Below, one piece after another: positions 63,501 to 64,000 of a stretch of DNA of 64,000 nucleotides. The position numbers were made by a program, and so were the translations under genes. Within the stretch, counting starts at the first letter, position 1. The number at the start of each line of letters is the position of its first letter. The notes under the pieces are model-generated. The model had not been told where the DNA came from. It searched no databases and saw only the letters and a list, made by a program, of their open reading frames with translations. The DNA comes from Lytechinus pictus (Eukaryota), in the NCBI RefSeq assembly GCF_037042905.1, contig NC_087250.1, positions 15,626,001-15,690,000 on the forward strand, read 5' to 3'.

Positions 63501-63505
63501 TTGTC
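19848..63505 (-). CDS. Thrombospondin/COMP-family protein, 3' part (5' end outside window): TSP type-3 repeats, TSP C-terminal domain, LamG/pentraxin-like domain, C-terminal HDEL; 14 exons
   Basis: Exons 63346-63505, 53597-53771, 52948-53033, 52527-52622, 51050-51219, 47947-48186, 46237-46406, 43082-43225, 42202-42387, 40405-40499, 38050-38126, 33485-33553, 31703-31808, 19848-20041. All have GT-AG boundaries and matching phases, giving one open frame of about 655 aa. Confidence 0.88.
20135..20352 (-). mobile_element. tRNA-derived SINE
   Basis: Reverse complement has tggcccagtgga...gggttcaaatccc and the same central domain. Confidence 0.7.
21135..22511 (+). repeat. LTR copy 1 (more diverged), 1377 bp
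   Basis: tgtcacgaaa...attccgtcaca; lacks the aagttgatatgtcattcatgcatatccagtt segment present in LTR2/3 and has fewer internal repeats. Confidence 0.93.
22518..23950 (+). repeat. LTR copy 2 (5' LTR proper), 1433 bp
   Basis: tgtcacgaaa...ttccgtcaca, followed after 2 nt by the PBS. Confidence 0.95.
23953..23970 (+). promoter_or_regulatory. Primer binding site complementary to the 3' end of tRNA-Leu
   Basis: TGGTGTCAGAAGTGGGAT is the reverse complement of ATCCCACTTCTGACACCA, the tRNA-Leu(CAA)-type 3' end. Confidence 0.85.
23980..25837 (+). pseudogene. gag: Gag plus aspartic protease, interrupted by an in-frame TGA at 24664-24666
   Basis: Capsid-like [18 protein letters not shown] knuckle [14 protein letters not shown], protease LVDTGA..ILGLDFL; reads ELC*LAYP across the stop in one frame. 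Confidence 0.9.
25838..28480 (+). CDS. pol: Pol: reverse transcriptase, RNase H, integrase (out of frame with the protease after an apparent internal deletion)
   Basis: [30 protein letters not shown] (RNase H), HHCC zinc finger, DDE core ([18 protein letters not shown]), GPY motif. Confidence 0.93.
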   Translation, partial: QRKEIDEQVKNLLAQGLIEPVTSPWASNIVLVKKKDGSQRLCVDYRQLNAETIKDAYPLPRIDDTLDSLAGAQWFSTLDLASGYWQVELTEDAKQKSAFIANGALYSWKVMPFGLSNAPATFSRLMDRVLAGLKWDTLLVYLDDVIVHAKSVEAELERLRVVFQRLRQAGLKVKPSKCHLFHTSVHFLGHVVSAEGVATEPDKLEAVQRWPEPTMVGEVRSFLGLVSYYRRFIRNFSNIARPLQELTEKNHKFEWTDQCRASFQELKERLVSPPILAYPQPEGQFVLDTDASDYAAGAVLSQIQDGEENVIAYGSKTFNKPERNYCVTRKELLAIVMFLKQFRPYLYGRPVRVRTDHGSLRWLTKFKDPKGQMARWMEIISEFDIEIQHREGRKHGNADGMSRRPCRQCGRTNDDIQEQVQLVETITDRTSQEIADWQEADKDIRPIYTAKKLDNKPNRDETCTWSLASRRLVEYWDALELKEGVLFRRWESNDGKMITWQLVVPRKMVPEVVQLVHAAKLSGHFGLSKCLGRARRKYFWVGMTADLRSALRQCDVCARRKLPTRTRRAPLQQRISGYPMERVAVDILGPLPEITEGNKYVVVVGDYFTKWVEAFPVPNEKAKTVAEKLVEEFFCRFGVPRYLHSDQGRNFESEVFGEVCKLMGISKTRTTPYNPKSDGMIERYNRTLIDTIAPMLDPAAHQRDWDKYLAFATAAYRSCPQESTGETPSMMMMGREVVLPPDLAIPPIPGTTEDLDTDYALKLREIMRNVHEKARDSLKEAASRQKQHYDKATESVQFHPGEFVWMRKKTREKGLAPKLQPRWLGPYLVVTKLSDVTFRLQLSPRSHPIIVQADRLKPYTGAARDVWQYDSSASRPPDHQ
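28688..29619 (+). pseudogene. Third ORF of the retrotransposon: two C2H2 zinc fingers plus RS/SP-rich region; 1-nt frameshift at 28770-28776 and TGA at 29050-29052
   Basis: Adding one A gives [22 protein letters not shown] and [21 protein letters not shown] (both C-x2-C-x12-H-x3/4-H), in frame with [14 protein letters not shown]... Confidence 0.8.
29851..31282 (+). repeat. LTR copy 3 (3' LTR), 1432 bp
   Basis: Nearly identical to LTR2 (about seven differences counted by eye). Confidence 0.95.
31703..31808 (-). CDS. LamG/pentraxin-like exon
   Basis: [35 protein letters not shown]; atttcag acceptor, gtaaat donor; phase fits both neighbours. Confidence 0.7.
32266..33042. mobile_element. Non-autonomous piggyBac-like element
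   Basis: TTAA-ccct...aggg-TTAA; relatives at 39219-39917, 51593-52160, and partial copies near 45615-46200 and 48325-50030. Confidence 0.8.
33485..33553 (-). CDS. LamG/pentraxin-like exon
   Basis: [23 protein letters not shown] (L-x-I/L-G...F-x-G-x-I-D-E motif). Confidence 0.8.
34337..35287. mobile_element. Tc1/mariner-type non-autonomous element
   Basis: TA-cagtgcgtatcaaaaaa ... ttttttgatacccactg-TA. Confidence 0.8.
35288..35655 (+). mobile_element. L2/CR1-group LINE 3' fragment
   Basis: Translates to [27 protein letters not shown]...[15 protein letters not shown], the typical L2 ORF2 C-terminus, followed by an agcgctatataag tail. Confidence 0.85.
35949..36532. mobile_element. TTAA-flanked MITE, Kolobok-like
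   Basis: ttaa-aggagaatgaaac ... gtttcattttcct-ttaa. Confidence 0.8.
36537..37587. mobile_element. TTAA-flanked MITE containing a nested MITE (about 36989-37450)
   Basis: aggacaagtccaccc ... ggggtggacttgtcct; inner TIR tatgggcaattcca / tggaatagcccata. Confidence 0.78.
38050..38126 (-). CDS. LamG/pentraxin-like exon
   Basis: (G)[25 protein letters not shown] (L-x-I-Y-I-D/E-G motif); tttatcatgcag acceptor. Confidence 0.78.
39219..39917. mobile_element. Non-autonomous piggyBac-like element
   Basis: TTAA-ccctaaatctccca ... tgggagaattaggg-TTAA. Confidence 0.78.
40405..40499 (-). CDS. LamG/pentraxin-like exon
   Basis: [31 protein letters not shown] (W-x-H-V-A motif); gtaaga donor. Confidence 0.8.
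40815..41635 (+). repeat. About 150-bp tandem array ending in (GACA/GGAC)n and a small hairpin; possibly a non-autonomous Helentron-like element
   Basis: About five copies of gaccttgacc...atcatacacaccaaattatatgagcctaggttaagttaaactgaag; family assignment is inference. Confidence 0.6.
42202..42387 (-). CDS. Exon starting a LamG/pentraxin-like jelly-roll domain
   Basis: [17 protein letters not shown]...FFIEMWC...; gtaagt donor; in phase with the upstream exon. Confidence 0.82.
43082..43225 (-). CDS. Thrombospondin-like exon, end of TSP C-terminal domain
   Basis: [47 protein letters not shown] (GGRLG..Q..WSN.Y.C motif); gtaggt donor, no stop. Confidence 0.9.
43400..43880. repeat. (GAA)n-rich low-complexity tract
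   Basis: gaagaagaa runs. Confidence 0.85.
44166..45327. mobile_element. TTAA-flanked non-autonomous element nested in a short MITE (44133-45470)
   Basis: ttaa-aggaaaatgaaa ... tttcattctcct-ttaa; the uninterrupted host is visible at about 56473-56645. Confidence 0.82.
46237..46406 (-). CDS. Thrombospondin-like exon, TSP C-terminal domain
   Basis: [56 protein letters not shown], like the TSP motif ALWHTG..LWKD..W...YRW.L.HRP. Confidence 0.88.
47255..47772. mobile_element. TTAA-flanked MITE (19106 family)
   Basis: Same TIRs, with internal deletions. Confidence 0.82.
47947..48186 (-). CDS. Thrombospondin-like exon, TSP C-terminal (L-lectin) domain
   Basis: GREVHG...[13 protein letters not shown]...[21 protein letters not shown]...PGIVIK, aligns by eye to the TSP_C motifs [26 protein letters not shown]. 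Confidence 0.88.
50045..51035. repeat. (GAAAT/GCAAT)n pentamer satellite
   Basis: Tandem aatga/aatgc units, interrupted at 50425-50520. Confidence 0.92.
51050..51219 (-). CDS. Thrombospondin-like exon, last type-3 repeat and start of C-terminal domain
   Basis: [34 protein letters not shown]...VKWFFSDK. Confidence 0.9.
51593..52160. mobile_element. Non-autonomous piggyBac-like element (deleted copy of the 32266 family)
   Basis: TTAA-ccctatcttaactggg ... cccagtttgataaggg-TTAA. Confidence 0.8.
52527..52622 (-). CDS. Thrombospondin-like exon, TSP type-3 repeat
   Basis: [31 protein letters not shown]; tctttttcag-type acceptor. Confidence 0.9.
52948..53033 (-). CDS. Thrombospondin-like exon, TSP type-3 repeat
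   Basis: [28 protein letters not shown]; phases match neighbours. Confidence 0.9.
53597..53771 (-). CDS. Thrombospondin-like exon, TSP type-3 repeats
   Basis: [57 protein letters not shown]; gtatgt donor. Confidence 0.92.
53738..56020. repeat. About 110-125 bp tandem array (roughly 19-20 copies) made of a splice acceptor plus the exon start
   Basis: Unit acaaacttgatgttatccttccagtccttgtaacctatgaccaagggtaag...; the first copy overlaps exon 53597-53771. Confidence 0.93.
56026..56333. mobile_element. MITE with long TIRs
   Basis: ggcccgtattctgaagtcgggttta ... taaacccgacttcagaatacgggcc. Confidence 0.85.
57558..58197. mobile_element. Tc1-like non-autonomous element in a TA-rich tract
   Basis: TA-cagttgaggccaaaagcttacatacaccc ... 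gggtgtatgtaatcttctggcctcaactg-TA. Confidence 0.85.
59248..59782. repeat. Direct tandem duplication of about 265 bp
   Basis: Two near-identical copies starting aataatcttagagact. Confidence 0.85.
62378..62731 (+). mobile_element. tRNA-derived SINE with (tta)n tail
   Basis: tggtgtagtgg A box, gttcgaatcc B box, ccacccaggtgctaaatgggtacc central domain. Confidence 0.8.
62736..63317. mobile_element. TTAA-flanked MITE (19106 family)
   Basis: Same TIRs and TTAA flanks. Confidence 0.85.
63346..63505 (-). CDS. Thrombospondin-like exon, TSP type-3 repeats
   Basis: [26 protein letters not shown]...DKDDDND; ttccag acceptor, gtcagt donor. Confidence 0.92.
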
Positions 63506-63830
63506 CTGGAAGGAATGAATAACGGTAATTGTTTTTGTTATGGAATTCAAACCATAATGCTGCCAATGTGAAAGACCATCCTCATTCATTCACAGTTCTG
63601 GTACGGATTAATGTCACTATTATACATCTTCAACTATATCAAATATCCAGTATCCCCCCCCCCCCCGAAAAAGTGTCATGACTAAAAATTAAAATACAAC
63701 ATGGGCCCGTAACACAAAACTTAGCAATGATTGCAGAATATTTTTCTATGACTGATTGCACCGACAATGTACAATCAACGTGAAAATCAGGCGTACGATT
63801 AACTGCTATCCTTTGCACTACAAGACCAAG

Positions 63831-64000
63831 GACAGGTGTGTTGGCTCAGTTAGTAGAGCGTCCGTCTCACAACTGGGAGGTCGGGAGTTCAAGCCCCGGC
63901 CGCGCCAGACCAAAAGACGTCAAAAGATGAGAGTTGCTGCTACCCTGTTTGGCGGTCAACAAGTAAGGGATAGCTAAAGACCTGGCGCTGCACAGTGGCT
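63831..64000 (+). mobile_element. tRNA-derived SINE, truncated by the window end
   Basis: tggctcagttagtagagc...gagttcaagccc followed by a non-tRNA body. Confidence 0.7.

Overview
AT-rich, repeat-dense animal genomic DNA. The repeat landscape looks like a marine invertebrate deuterostome such as a sea urchin (inference only). Two convergent intron-containing genes enter from the window edges. (1) The last five coding exons of SHOC2 (+, stop at 5196). (2) Fourteen phase-consistent exons of a thrombospondin-family gene (-, 63505 to 19848, about 655 aa visible). It encodes TSP type-3 repeats, a TSP C-terminal L-lectin domain, an extra LamG/pentraxin-like domain, then KRRRKR followed by a C-terminal HDEL. 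The last intron of that gene holds a young but defective Ty3/Gypsy element (21135-31282) inserted in a (TA)n tract. The element has three LTRs, a tRNA-Leu PBS, and a third ORF in the env position that reconstructs to two C2H2 zinc fingers plus an RS/SP-rich region behind a good splice acceptor. Five exon boundaries in the two genes have been copied into the flanking intron as duplications or tandem arrays, multiplying splice sites. The rest is SINEs, LINE fragments (one fused to a histone H4 fragment), nested MITEs and satellites. All calls come from manual reading and translation; no database searches were run.
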